Origin: an uncultured Planctomycetota bacterium
Lineage (GTDB): Bacteria; Planctomycetota; Phycisphaerae; UBA1845; CAIVHJ01
Assembly (NCBI GenBank): GCA_942492115.1
Contig: CALODL010000010.1
Span: 1,635 to 65,634, forward strand
Direction: 5' to 3'
Length of the DNA: 64,000 nucleotides
Shown here: positions 1 to 10,442 of the stretch, piece by piece
Position numbering within the stretch: the stretch's first letter is position 1
Layout of the letters: each line of letters starts with the position of its first letter
Translations under genes and position numbers: made by a program
Notes under the pieces: model-generated
Seen by the model: only the letters and a program-made list of their open reading frames with translations
Database searches by the model: none
What the model was told of the DNA's origin: nothing

Positions 1-158
1 CACCATTGTCAACGATTGGGCAGCAGAATCCAGGTTCTATGCCGACTTCAAACGTCGTCGCCCCGCTGACGGGTCAGGACGCCACCGCCGGCGACAGTGC
101 CGGAACGGGCTTCCCGCCTTCAACAGCCGTTGTCGGCACATCGAATTCGAATGGCTGC

Positions 159-2095
159 TCACCATGAACGCACGAGACGCGCCGAATTGAAGCACACGAA
201 TGTACTCGACACGACGTGCAGGATCAGAGCGAACCACAGGGGCAGATCTGCCCCAGGCTGACCACCGCGGCTTCGGCCAGAACGATATACGCGATGCCGA
301 AGAGCAGGTTTTGCCAGATCACGCGCATGGTCGCACGGCTGAGTTTGACGAGGAATGGCAGGCGCGCGACAAATCGCTGCTCATCAGGGCTATGCTGGCC
401 GAATTGATCGCCACATCGCTGCCCGCGGCTCCATGGCGATACCGAGGTCACCCGCAGCCAATGCCGGAGCATCGTTGACTCCATCGCCTACGACCGCCAC
501 TTTATGGCCCCTTTCTTTCAGGGCCGACACGATATCGAGTTTTTCTGATGGCAGGACCTCTGCGTACACAGCAGTGCAACCCAGCTCGTTGCCAACACGA
601 TTGGCCACTGCTGTACGGTCACCGGTCACCATGGTGAGGTTGTTGATGCCAAGTTTGGGCAAGTCGATCAGCGCCGCGCGGGCTTCAGGACGCGTGCGAT
701 CCTCGAGCCCGATCCACCCGATGCAGGTCTTCTCGCGCACGACATACAACACACTGAGCCCTTCGGATTCCTGATAATCCGGATTGTCGAGGAGGCTCAT
801 GTCCGCGCCGTGTTCGCGCAACCAGGTCGCGCGGCCGACCATGACCTCGCGACCATCCACTGTGCCGCTAACGCCCAGACCGGCGGTCTCCTTGAAATTC
901 TTGACCTCGGTGATAGACAACTTGGCGCGACGGGCGACGGCTACGACAGCCCGAGCAATCGGATGCCGACTGGCATTCTCGACAGCAGCCGCGTACTTCA
1001 GCAACTCACCTCCATCGATACCCGGACCAGGCTTCATCTGGCTGACCGACAGTTCCCCGGTGGTCAATGTACCTGTCTTGTCCAACACCATCGCTGTCAG
1101 ATTGCGGGCATGTTCCAGACTGACCATACTCTTGATCAGAATACCGAGACGTGCGGCACACGACAGAGCAGCAACCATGGCTGTCGGTGTCGCAAGGATC
1201 AACGCACAGGGGCAGGCAACTACGAGCATCTTGATGGCGGTGCGAATGCCGGTGCCATCATCCATGGTGAAATACCATACGATCAGGGCCAGCATCAGAA
1301 TCGTTGGCGTGTACCACCCTGCATATTGATCGATGACCTTCATGAGCGGAATGCGCGTCCGTTCGGCATTCATGATGAGTTCCTGGACACGTCCCAGAGT
1401 CGTGTCACTCCCCGCCTTGGTCACCTCGACCTCGAGCAGGCCTGTCACGTTTACCGTACCGCCGAAGACTTCATCGCCGACCTGTTTGTCGACGGGCAGC
1501 GACTCGCCGGTAATATTCGCCTGGTTGATCGTCGACATTCCACTGACGATCTGACCATCGGCCGCGATGTTGTCACCGGGGCGAACTCGGATGCGATCGC
1601 CGGGCACCAGCGTCTTGGCCGCAACTTCGACTTCAGAGCCCTCGACGATCTTGTGCGCCTTCTCGGGAGTCAACTTGATGAGCGATTCGATAGCCGCGCG
1701 GCCCCCATGGCGGCGCGCGACTCGATCAGCTCGACGATGATCATGAAGAAGGCGATCAGGCCGGCCTCCTGGTACTCACCGATCGCGATCGCAGCCCCAA
1801 CGGCCATGGCCACCAACTCGTCCATGTGCATGACGCCATGCCACAGGTTCTTCAAGGCGGTCCAGATCAGTGGCAGTCCAAGAAGCAGGGCGCCCGCCAG
1901 GGCCATGAAGTCCGCGTGCGTGTTACGCTCAACCTGCTCGCCCGAGATCTGAACGAGTTGGGTCTGATCCGGGTAGATCAACGGTGCCAGGTATGACAAG
2001 AAAACCAGCACCCCGCCCAGCATCATGGTGAACAGCAGGAGGCGGGCGGAAAGGTTCTGCTTCTGCAGGGACTCGTGGACGTGGTCGTGGGCCAT
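159..2095 (-). pseudogene. Heavy-metal translocating P1B-type ATPase (CadA/ZntA/CopA-like), interrupted by at least 4 single-base frameshifts
   Basis: ORF 1670-2095 is the His-rich N-terminus and TM helices (MAHDHVHE...), ORF 390-1673 is the actuator/P-domain ('VLDKTGTLT', 'VGDGVNDAPALAA') and ORF 224-484 carries 'LSRATMRVIWQNLLFGIAY'. These are consecutive pieces of one ATPase in different frames. Manual translation across the junctions restores continuity at ~1690 (G5 run), ~440 (GG vs GGG), ~370 (GCGCGC) and ~230 (C4 vs C5), and the restored tail '...LWFALILHVVSS...NSARLVRSW' ends at ~159. Confidence 0.6.
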
Positions 2096-2369
2096 CGCAT
2101 GCTCCAGCTCAGTGAGCCAGCTCTAATGTTTCTAATCCAAATAATGCGCGCACGCGGCAGCGGGGACGCAGCCAATGCCATATACTACGTCAGTGAGCCC
2201 GCCCGGGTTCACCGGTCGTCATATGGGCCCGAGTCGCCTCATTGACCCGCCCGGGGCGACCGCTATACTGGAACTATATCCGTGAAGCGCACAAGCTTAA
2301 GTACAACATACCCCACGGGCCGACGGGCCGCGTGGCTGGTCCATCCGTCCAAGAGAGGGAGATGATTCG

Positions 2370-4569
2370 ATGAACCGGGAGCATCTGCGGACTGCGTGCG
2401 GTGCGGCTGTCGCCTTGGTGCTGTGTTTGCTCACAGCCCCTCCAGCTTCGGCCCAGACTTCCGCTGACGAGAACCGGGATCTGTTCGCCAACTTCCTGCA
2501 CAATGCCGTTCTGGGCAAGTTTGATCGCGCCGATGCCTTCGCGCAGAAACTCATCGATAACAACCCCGACCCGCTCGAGGTCATGCGCTATGCCGACGAA
2601 CATCGCAACGCGCTCAAGACGCTCATCCTGCTGGTCAATAATGAGGTCGTCAGCGACAGCGCCAAGACGATCCTGGGGATCATTCGTGAAGGCGAAAGCT
2701 TGCAACGTCAGGACCCCGAACGCATCAAGCTGAACATCGAGAAGCTATCGAACGACCCCCTCGCCGAATTCAATGCCATCAACCGCCTCAAGGAATCGGG
2801 CGAATACGCAGTCCCGTGGCTGGTGGCAACATTGCTCGATTCGAACAAGAAGGACCTGCACAACCGCATCGTCCGGATGTTGCCCAAGATGGGCAAGGAC
2901 GCCGTGACACCTTTGACGACCGCCCTGGCAATGACGGACGACGAGACGCGCGTACTCATCATTCGCGCCCTCGGTCAGATTGGCTACCCGCAGGCCGCTC
3001 CCTTTCTACTTGCCGCCGGAGCAGCCCCCGATATCTCACCCGAGATGCGCATGATCGTCGAAGAGGCCCTGCTGGACATGGGCTACACCGGCCCACGCGA
3101 CCCTTCTGCCGCGTTCCTGGCCCTTGCTCGACAGTATTACGTCAACCACGGCTCAGTACGTCCCGATCCGCGTAACGCAACGGCCAACTCCTGGTACTGG
3201 AACAACAACAGCCTGGAGCGTATCGCCGTGCCGGTGGAGATATTCGACGAAGTCATGGCCATGCGCAGCTGCGAGCGTGCCCTGGACCTCGACGCAAACA
3301 GTGGAGAAGCGATTGCGATTGGGCTGGGCTCCAATATCCGGCGTGAAGCAGATCTCGGCATGATCGTTGAGTCGGACGAGCCCAGTGAGCTGGCCGCCCT
3401 GGATACCACCAAACCGGACGATTTCCCGCGTAGCTGCCTACTTCGCGCGTGCCGCCGGACCGCGTTATTGCCACCGCGTTCTCGATCTGGCTCTGCAATA
3501 TCGCGAACCGGCTGTCGCCCTTGGTGCAATCGCCGCGCTGCGGACCGTCGCCGGCGCCAGTAGCCTGGTCGGCAGTGAGGACTTCAAGCAGCCACTCGCT
3601 TCGGCGTTGACCTTTCCGGACATGGTCGTGCGCATCAAGGCCGCCCTGGCCCTGGCGAACGCCATGCCGACAAGGCCGTTCAGCAGTGCCCACCGCGTAG
3701 TGCCCTCACTCGCCGAGGGCCTTGCCCAGCAAGGTGGTGACAACCTGCTGGTCATCGATCCCGACCCGCGTAACCTCAATCGGATCATGAGCGCCATCCG
3801 CTCCAATGGCTCGAACGCCATCGGTGAGACGACGTTCTACGGAGCACTCGAACGGGCCCGTGTCGATATGCCCGGGGTGTCAGGCATCTTGCTCGCCAGT
3901 GACGTGTTTTCGCCCCAGCTTCCTGCGGCCATCGCCACGTTGCGGGCCGACAATATCTATCGCATGACTCCGGTCGTCATCCTGATGCGTGATGGCGAGA
4001 CACCCGAGATCAAGGACCTGCTGGCCCAGGATGATGGCCTGGCAGCAATCGAGTCCGACGCGGATGCAGACAGCCTGGCGGCCGCATGGACCGATCTCTC
4101 GGAAGCAGTTGGCCAAACCCGCCTGCACAGCGAGTCCGCCCTCGAGCTGGCACTGGCCTGCGCCAAGGCGCTGCACGATCTCGCCATAGCGCACTCCGAG
4201 ATCCTCGACTTCCGCGTCGCAGAAGGAGCACTGATCGCCGCCGCCGCCAGCCCGGAGGAGGCACTGCAGACGGAGGTGGTCAAAGTTCTGGCCATGTTAC
4301 CCAGCAGCTCGGCACAACAAGCCATCGCGCGACTGGCGCTGTCCGAGGATGCCTCAGGCAGCCTCCGAATCACAGCATTCGGGGCCCTGGCGGATTCGGC
4401 AAAAATCAACGCCAATCTGTTGTCCGAGGGTCAGGTCGACCGCCTGATTTCGATCACCCTCGACGAGGACGATCTCGCCCTGCGCACTGCAGCCAGCCGG
4501 GCACTGGGCGCGCTGAACTTGCCGAGCAATAAGGCGGGTGCAATCATCGAGAAGTACGAACGCGGCTAG
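2370..4569 (+). CDS. Secreted HEAT/PBS-lyase-repeat protein (~730 aa), read across one frameshift near 3415-3425
   Basis: GAGAGGGAGA RBS before the ATG at 2370; N-terminal signal peptide (ALVLCLLTAPPASAQ). ORFs 2370-3563 and 3367-4569 overlap in different frames. Repeats of the HEAT type (AAxALGxIG...) run through both, and the frame switches between '...TKPDDFPR' and 'VAAYFARAAG' at a CGCG/CGCGG site. Confidence 0.6.
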
Positions 4570-4599
4570 GGCGGTCACGTTATCGACCAGATACGACGC

Positions 4600-4649
4600 G
4601 CGAGTCGTTTGAGGCGCCCAATGCCCCTCTGACGACTCGCGTTTTTTTT
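4600..4649 (+). terminator. Putative intrinsic terminator downstream of the HEAT protein gene
   Basis: GCGAGTCGT ... ACGACTCGC inverted repeat followed by a T8 run. The loop is long (~23 nt), so confidence is moderate. Confidence 0.45.
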
Positions 4650-4720
4650 GGGGTTCTTCACGAAATTCCGGGCTGGGCCTTCGCACATGATCCTGTGACG
4701 CACACGTGACGAGGGTTCGA
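4642..4720 (+). repeat. Copy A of a conserved ~80-nt post-terminator element (TTTTTTTGGGGTTCTTCACGAAATTCCGGGCTGGGCCTTCGCACATGATCCTGTGACGCACACGTGACGAGGGTTCG)
   Basis: About 88% identical to 16062-16145. Both copies begin at the T-run of a terminator downstream of a + strand gene. Confidence 0.6.
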
Positions 4721-4800
4721 GGCATTGGCCGCTGCGGGGGGAAAGCGGTGGGTGGCGTCGGGATTACCCGCGAGGAACATCGCTCTGTATAATCCTCGCC

Positions 4801-6984
4801 ATGTCAGAACTCCCATTACGACCGACGTGGCCGACTCTCATCGCGCTGTTCTTGAGCACGCTGGCAGCGGCACAGAACCCGCTCCCGGCCGAACCCGAAT
4901 CACTCCCGCGTAATACACCGCGAGAGCTGTTCCGCAGCTTTCTGATTTCTGCCTGGAATGTCGAGTCCAATCCGGCATCGAAGGTCCCGCTGGCGCTGGA
5001 ATGTCTTGATACGTCCGAAATCGCCTACGAGGACTACCAGGTCGAGGGGCTCAAGAAGGTCCAGCAACTCGCAACTATCCTCGATGAATTCCCGGCCTTT
5101 GACCTGCTCAAGATCCGCGATGACAACAGGCATGCGACCGAGAGATACGCCATACCGGATCTACCGGGCCGCGTGCTGGTGCTCACCCGCACCGACGCCT
5201 TCGACGATCAGTGGGTCTTCGATCTCGATACCGTCAATGCCCTCGAAGAACTCAGTGCAGCGGTCATCGAGGCCCGCAAGAGCCGATCCGAAGCCACCGA
5301 CGAGCAACTGGCCGCTGTTCCGGCTGCGCGGCGTACACCGCGGGCAACCATGGATACGTTCCTCAAAGCTGCGGCTGAACAGCGTTACGCAGAGGCTGCA
5401 GAATGCTTCGACCTCAGCAGTATCCAGGCAGCCATTCGCGACGAAGAAGGCCGGACGATGACCGACACAATGCTGTTCTGCATCAGTCGCCTGGGGCCGG
5501 TTGTTTTGCAGACGATCCCGCGTGACCCGGTTTACAAACCGTCGCCTTACCCATGGCGAACACGTGACCAATACAGCATTTCGTTGAACCGTATCGAGAG
5601 TGGTGACGATGCCGGACAGTGGAAGTTCTCGGCCAGGACCGTCGCGACCCTCCGAGACCTGGCAACCGTCCTGGGGGATGCCGCCCCGACCACGATGGGG
5701 ACTCAGACGACGACCGCCGTCAAAGTTCCGTGGGGCATCCGGCTGCGCCAGGCCATTCCGGACAGCCTCGAGCGCGAGCACTTCTTCATCGAGGACTGGC
5801 AGTGGCTCGCGTTGTTGAGCCTCGTGACCCTCGGCGTAGTCGGCGAGTTCATCGTCGCGCTCATCCTCGGCTACATGGTCAAGTTGTACTATGAGAGAGT
5901 CAGCAGTACGAGCATGGAGAAGCGCTTACGGCGACAGTTCGTACGTCCGATCGGCTGGCTGGCCATGGCATTGCTGTGGTGGATCGGATTGCGTTTTCTT
6001 GATCTCGACCACAGTGTACTTGCCGTCCTGCTCGGGGCCGTCAAGTTCTTTGCCGCAGTCGCCGGCGTGTGGAGCTGCTACCGCCTGGCCGATTTGATCG
6101 CCGGAATGCTCGAAAGCCGGGCCTCACGAACGACCAGCAAGTATGACGATCTGCTCGTCCCACTCATCCGCAAGTCGCTCAAGATTTTCGTTACCGTGTT
6201 CGGGGTCGTGTTCATCGCCGACACCATGGACTGGAAGATCCACACCCTGCTCACCGGCCTCGGCATTGGCGGACTGGCAGTTGCCTTCGCCGCGCGAGAA
6301 ACCCTGGGTAACATCCTCGGCTCCTTGACCGTTCTGCTCGACCGCCCCTTCCACATCGGGGACTGGGTCAAGATTGGAAACACCGAGGGCACCGTTGAAG
6401 CTGTCGGATTCCGCAGCACCCGCATCCGCACGTTCTACAACTCGGTGATCACGATTCCCAATTCCGATTGCGTGAACCATGCCATCGACAATATGGGTTC
6501 ACGAACCTACCGTCGATACAGCTGTCATATTTCGGTCGTGTATGCCACGACACCCGATCAGCTCGAAGCGTTTTGTGAAGGAATCCGTGAGTTGATTCGG
6601 CGGCACCCCTACACCAGGAAAGACTACTTCCATGTGTACGTGCACAATTTCGCTGCATCTTCGATCGACATCCTGCTGTATTGCTTCTGGCACGCCCCGG
6701 ACTGGGGCACGGAATTGCGCGAGCGGCAGCGTCTGCTCATCGACATCAAACGCCTGGCCGAGGGCCTCGGCGTCGATTTCGCGTTCCCGACCCAAACGCT
6801 TCACCTTCAGCAGGACGCGGCATCTCGTGCCATTCCGGAGCTGGGTGAAACGCCAGCACAAACGGGTATTCGTGATGCTCGGCGCATCGTCCAGGAGAAC
6901 CTCGGCCCACCGGGCAAGCCGCCGCCGCCGGTGACCTTCGAAATACGCCCATTCATAGGTGGCGAGGACGACGGCGGCGCTTGA
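4801..6984 (+). CDS. Large MscS-family mechanosensitive channel (MscK/YbiO-like: periplasmic N-domain + TM + MscS core)
   Basis: 727-aa ORF with an N-terminal signal peptide and multiple TM helices. The MscS core is recognisable: 'GIGGLAVAFAARETLGNILGSLTVLLDRPFHIGDWVKIGNTEGTVEAVGFRSTRIRTFYNSVITIPNS'. Confidence 0.85.
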   Translation: MSELPLRPTWPTLIALFLSTLAAAQNPLPAEPESLPRNTPRELFRSFLISAWNVESNPASKVPLALECLDTSEIAYEDYQVEGLKKVQQLATILDEFPAFDLLKIRDDNRHATERYAIPDLPGRVLVLTRTDAFDDQWVFDLDTVNALEELSAAVIEARKSRSEATDEQLAAVPAARRTPRATMDTFLKAAAEQRYAEAAECFDLSSIQAAIRDEEGRTMTDTMLFCISRLGPVVLQTIPRDPVYKPSPYPWRTRDQYSISLNRIESGDDAGQWKFSARTVATLRDLATVLGDAAPTTMGTQTTTAVKVPWGIRLRQAIPDSLEREHFFIEDWQWLALLSLVTLGVVGEFIVALILGYMVKLYYERVSSTSMEKRLRRQFVRPIGWLAMALLWWIGLRFLDLDHSVLAVLLGAVKFFAAVAGVWSCYRLADLIAGMLESRASRTTSKYDDLLVPLIRKSLKIFVTVFGVVFIADTMDWKIHTLLTGLGIGGLAVAFAARETLGNILGSLTVLLDRPFHIGDWVKIGNTEGTVEAVGFRSTRIRTFYNSVITIPNSDCVNHAIDNMGSRTYRRYSCHISVVYATTPDQLEAFCEGIRELIRRHPYTRKDYFHVYVHNFAASSIDILLYCFWHAPDWGTELRERQRLLIDIKRLAEGLGVDFAFPTQTLHLQQDAASRAIPELGETPAQTGIRDARRIVQENLGPPGKPPPPVTFEIRPFIGGEDDGGA

Positions 6985-7042
6985 TCCAGCAGTTCGTGCG
7001 GCCGAAGCGCCGAAGGTGCGCGTTATGCGTCGACGTCCGATA

Positions 7043-7312
7043 TCACGCCCCGTCCGGCGTGGCCGAGGCAACCAGGCCGTTGACCACCGCGCCCAGAATG
7101 GATTCCAGGCCGTCGCTCGCAGCACCGCTCGCATCCCCCGAGAACAACCCACCCATGAGCGAGGTGACCCCTACGCCCAGACCCGGGAGGGCCACCTGGC
7201 GGAATTCACGGGCTGTTTCTCCTGTAAAGCACAAACTCACGTTGAGTGTCCCGGCTGCACACGCCACAAGGGCGATTCGATTCAACTTGCACCATGTTTG
7301 ATTGACTGTCAT
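7043..7312 (-). CDS. Small hypothetical secreted Gly/Ala/Ser-rich protein (89 aa), divergent from the sigma-54 activator gene
   Basis: AGGAGG lies 7 nt upstream of ATG(ACAGTC). The N-terminus resembles a signal peptide (MTVNQTWCKLNRIALVACAAG) and the mature part is low-complexity. It could be a spurious GC-rich ORF. Confidence 0.25.
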   Translation of the reverse strand: MTVNQTWCKLNRIALVACAAGTLNVSLCFTGETAREFRQVALPGLGVGVTSLMGGLFSGDASGAASDGLESILGAVVNGLVASATPDGA

Positions 7313-7512
7313 CACCATACCTCCTGTGGCCCATGTCATCGGACACCCGGGACCATCCCCATGACCTGCGCGGCCCCGCGGATTCGAGCGGCCGGCGGCA
7401 CAGCGCAGATCCTGCCGGCGAAGGACGCTCGAGCCTCCATGGTTGCTTGGCCGGCGTTGCGGTGGTAAATATTACCCACATTTCCAACTACCTTTGATAT
7501 GGACGCAACGAT

Positions 7513-9012
7513 ATGAGCTTGTCCACCTCCGGCCTACCTCCACAAACGCTATCCGCTCTCCTCGATGCCACGGCGGCCATCACATCGAGCCTCGACCTGC
7601 CCGTCGTCCTCCAGGCCATCAGTCAGTCCGCCGCAGCCGTGATGCGCGCCGAAGCGTCCAGTGTCATGCTGCTCGACAAGCGGCGCCAGAAACTGATTTT
7701 CGAAGCCGCCGTCGGCGATCGTTCCGATGCCTTGCGTGGTGAAGAGTTCGATGCTGATCTCGGCATCGCAGGGAGGGTGTGCCGTACGGGTAAGCCGGAA
7801 CTGGTTCTCGATGTGCGCCAGAACAAACATTTCTTCAAGGGAATCGACGACAAGAGCAGCTTCCAGACCCGCGGCATGGCTGCCGCTCCTCTGGTCCACC
7901 AGGGCGAAATCGTGGGCGCAGTCGAAGTCATCAATCGCATCGGGGCGGAGAACTTTACTGAAGAGGATCTCGACCTCCTGATGATTTTCGCCAACCTCGC
8001 CGCGGCCGGAGTGCGCAATGCGCAGGCCCATCACGAACTGATCAAGGAAAACGAAGGGCTCCGCTCGAGCATGCGACAGAGCGACCACGTGGTCGGACGC
8101 TCCGAAGCAATCTGTCAGGTCCAGCAGTTGTGCAACCGCGTCGCCCCCACCAACGCGTCCGTGCTGTTGCTGGGCGAAACGGGCGTCGGCAAGGAGTTGT
8201 TTGCCCGTTTCGTGCACAACCACTCCAAGCAGGCCGATCGACCGTTTATCGCTATCAACTGTGCGGCACTCGCCGAAACACTGCTGGAGAGCGAGTTGTT
8301 CGGCCACGAAAAGGGCTCGTTCACCGGAGCTGTCAGCCAGAAGATCGGACGTTTCGAGATGGCTGACAAAGGCACGTTGTTCCTCGATGAAATAGGGGAG
8401 ATCAGCCCATCCGTGCAAGTCAAACTGCTGCGCGTCCTCCAGGAACGTGAATTTGTTCGTGTCGGCGGCACTAAGACGACTTCGTGCGACGTGCGAATCA
8501 TCGCTGCGACCAACCGTGATCTCGAAAAAGAGATGAAAGAAAACAACTTCCGCGAGGATCTGTACTACCGCTTGAATGTCTTTCCGATCAACATTCCCCC
8601 ATTGCGCGAACGTCGTGAGGACATTCCCCAGTTGGTCGAACACTTCATCGTTCGAGCTGCGACCGATCTCAAAGTCGAGAAACCCGAAGTCGACGACGAG
8701 TGTCAGGCGCTCCTCGTCAGCCACAACTGGCCGGGCAATATTCGTGAGTTGCAAAACGTCATCGAACGGGCCGTTCTGATGGCAGATGGTGGTGTCGTTC
8801 GTGTCGAACACCTGCCCGCGCAAATAGCCGGCAGTCAGGCCAAAGAGGCCACGGCTGGCGATGCCAGCCTGTGGGGCTATGAAAAAGCCATGATCATCAA
8901 GGCGTTGGAGTCCAGCAACTGGAACCAGTCGGGGGCCGCTCGAGAATTGGGGATCAGCCGCGACAACTTGCGCTACCGAATCAAGAAATACAGCATCACG
9001 AAGCCAAGTTAG
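7513..9012 (+). CDS. Sigma-54-dependent transcriptional activator (GAF sensor - AAA+ sigma-54 interaction domain - Fis-type HTH)
   Basis: Walker A 'GETGVGKE', the GAFTGA-type loop '[15 protein letters not shown]', '[16 protein letters not shown]', and a C-terminal HTH '[19 protein letters not shown]'. Confidence 0.9.
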   Translation: MSLSTSGLPPQTLSALLDATAAITSSLDLPVVLQAISQSAAAVMRAEASSVMLLDKRRQKLIFEAAVGDRSDALRGEEFDADLGIAGRVCRTGKPELVLDVRQNKHFFKGIDDKSSFQTRGMAAAPLVHQGEIVGAVEVINRIGAENFTEEDLDLLMIFANLAAAGVRNAQAHHELIKENEGLRSSMRQSDHVVGRSEAICQVQQLCNRVAPTNASVLLLGETGVGKELFARFVHNHSKQADRPFIAINCAALAETLLESELFGHEKGSFTGAVSQKIGRFEMADKGTLFLDEIGEISPSVQVKLLRVLQEREFVRVGGTKTTSCDVRIIAATNRDLEKEMKENNFREDLYYRLNVFPINIPPLRERREDIPQLVEHFIVRAATDLKVEKPEVDDECQALLVSHNWPGNIRELQNVIERAVLMADGGVVRVEHLPAQIAGSQAKEATAGDASLWGYEKAMIIKALESSNWNQSGAARELGISRDNLRYRIKKYSITKPS

Positions 9013-9013
9013 A

Positions 9014-10303
9014 TCATGACGCAGTCGCGATGGTTTCCAGTGGAGTGCCGTGCGCCGAGAGTCGTTGGGCCCGTGCCATCCGATCAGCCCAGACGAACAC
9101 GCCCAGAGGGAGCAGGATGAGCGGCTGAACGCCGATCCACTGGGCCACGCCATAGATCGGGAACATCCCAAACCCGATGATGAGTAACACACGACCAGCA
9201 ACTGACAGTCCTCCCTCCAGCGCCAACTGCTGGTCGACCAGTAGAACTACCGGCAGGATCAGTAGCGCGACCTCGTAGTACTGGGCATGGGGACTGATGA
9301 GCAGCATGCCTGCGCACACCTGAGCCCAGCGTGCAGCCAATCTCGACCCATCCGCCATCGTGCCGCGCCACTGCCACAGCAAGCGCACGATGATCAGGCC
9401 CACCGCGCCCCATGACGCCCACGTCCACAGCCTGGCGGCCTGGGCACGCCCGGCGACTTCGAGAACTTGGACCACTGAGAAATCGACGGCCTCGGTGATC
9501 GAGATGTGCGAGAAACCGCTCACCACGCGCTCGTGCTGACGATAGACACCGCCGATGGCGGATATCATCTCACCGGGCCATCCCCAGCCGCAGCCGACGG
9601 CACCGACTGCGTAGAGCACGCCCCCCACAAGGACGGCCGTCAACACTGTCCGCCACTGGCGCTGCATCGCAAGCAAGCCGATGAACGGCAGTGCGTATTG
9701 CGGCTTGAATAACAACAGGCCCAGAGCCATGCCGGCCAGCACCGCCTGACCGCGGACACAGGCCTGATATGCCACCACGAGCAACAACAGGGTCAGCGCA
9801 GCGTTTTGACCGCCCGTGACCGTCTGGCTCATGGGAAACCACAGCATTCCGATCATCGCAACGATGTTCCGATGCGGATAGAGGGCCGACAAGTGCCGTG
9901 CGAGGAGGAATATGGCGCAAGCGTACGCCGCGATCATTCCAATGGTATTGACGTGTAACGCCGCGAGATAAGGCAGGCGTGCGAGCACGCTGTAAGCCAC
10001 TGCAACTGGAGCCGGGTTAATGTAGTACGCCAGACCATCGAGATGCTCTGGCGCGAGTACCGCGTCCTGTGTCCTGCGCTGACGATGAATGTCGTAGAGC
10101 TCTGTGCCGTGTCCCTCCGCGACGATACGACCTGCCAGATAGAAGGCCATGAAGTCCCGCCCGACCACGACTCCATCATCGACGACGAGGCGCGGCAACG
10201 TCGCGTAGAACAGTACGAGGGCCAACAGCCACCCGGCGACTCCACTGACGCCCACAAGTCGCAACACCGCGGGTGAGGTCAAACGCATGATCACGGCAGA
10301 CAT
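9014..10303 (-). CDS. Polytopic GT-C-fold membrane protein, DUF2029/GT87-like (polyprenol-phosphate-sugar dependent glycosyltransferase candidate)
   Basis: 429 aa with about 10 predicted TM helices. An N-terminal loop DF motif ('VVGRDFMAFYLAG') and 'GGQNAALTLLLL', 'FKPQYALPF', 'ISPHAQYYEVALLILPV' are shared with the paralog at 10443-11780. Confidence 0.55.
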   Translation of the reverse strand: MSAVIMRLTSPAVLRLVGVSGVAGWLLALVLFYATLPRLVVDDGVVVGRDFMAFYLAGRIVAEGHGTELYDIHRQRRTQDAVLAPEHLDGLAYYINPAPVAVAYSVLARLPYLAALHVNTIGMIAAYACAIFLLARHLSALYPHRNIVAMIGMLWFPMSQTVTGGQNAALTLLLLVVAYQACVRGQAVLAGMALGLLLFKPQYALPFIGLLAMQRQWRTVLTAVLVGGVLYAVGAVGCGWGWPGEMISAIGGVYRQHERVVSGFSHISITEAVDFSVVQVLEVAGRAQAARLWTWASWGAVGLIIVRLLWQWRGTMADGSRLAARWAQVCAGMLLISPHAQYYEVALLILPVVLLVDQQLALEGGLSVAGRVLLIIGFGMFPIYGVAQWIGVQPLILLPLGVFVWADRMARAQRLSAHGTPLETIATAS

Positions 10304-10442
10304 GCCAGTTGTATCGACTCACGGACCCCATCCCAGCACTATCAGGATGTGCGGCCACCGCGTCTGCAGAGTTATGAGACGCCGACAGAGTGAACCATGA
10401 TAGAAGCGGCGATGCACCTCGTGATCCGGGGACAGCTGGTCG

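Noticed and set aside
2096-2369. tRNA or ncRNA in the ATPase / HEAT-gene divergent region (and in other gaps of 200 bp or more: 12566-12957, 18516-18915, 35110-35439, 46701-46989, 55576-56276)
   Set aside because: No cloverleaf-compatible segments (GTTC/T-loop, acceptor-stem complementarity) were found by eye. The repeated CCCGCCCGGG boxes are noted but could not be interpreted.
7441-7462. Possible sigma-54 promoter (TGGCCGGCGTTGCG) upstream of the activator gene
   Set aside because: The GG-to-GC spacing is 2 nt too short for the -24/-12 consensus, and a G/C-rich chance match is likely.
6959-7468. Cys/His-rich 169-aa + strand ORF (CFSCKAQTHVECPGC...CHHHTSCGPCH)
   Set aside because: No RBS. 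It overlaps the better-supported minus-strand small ORF, and its composition is consistent with random GC-rich translation.
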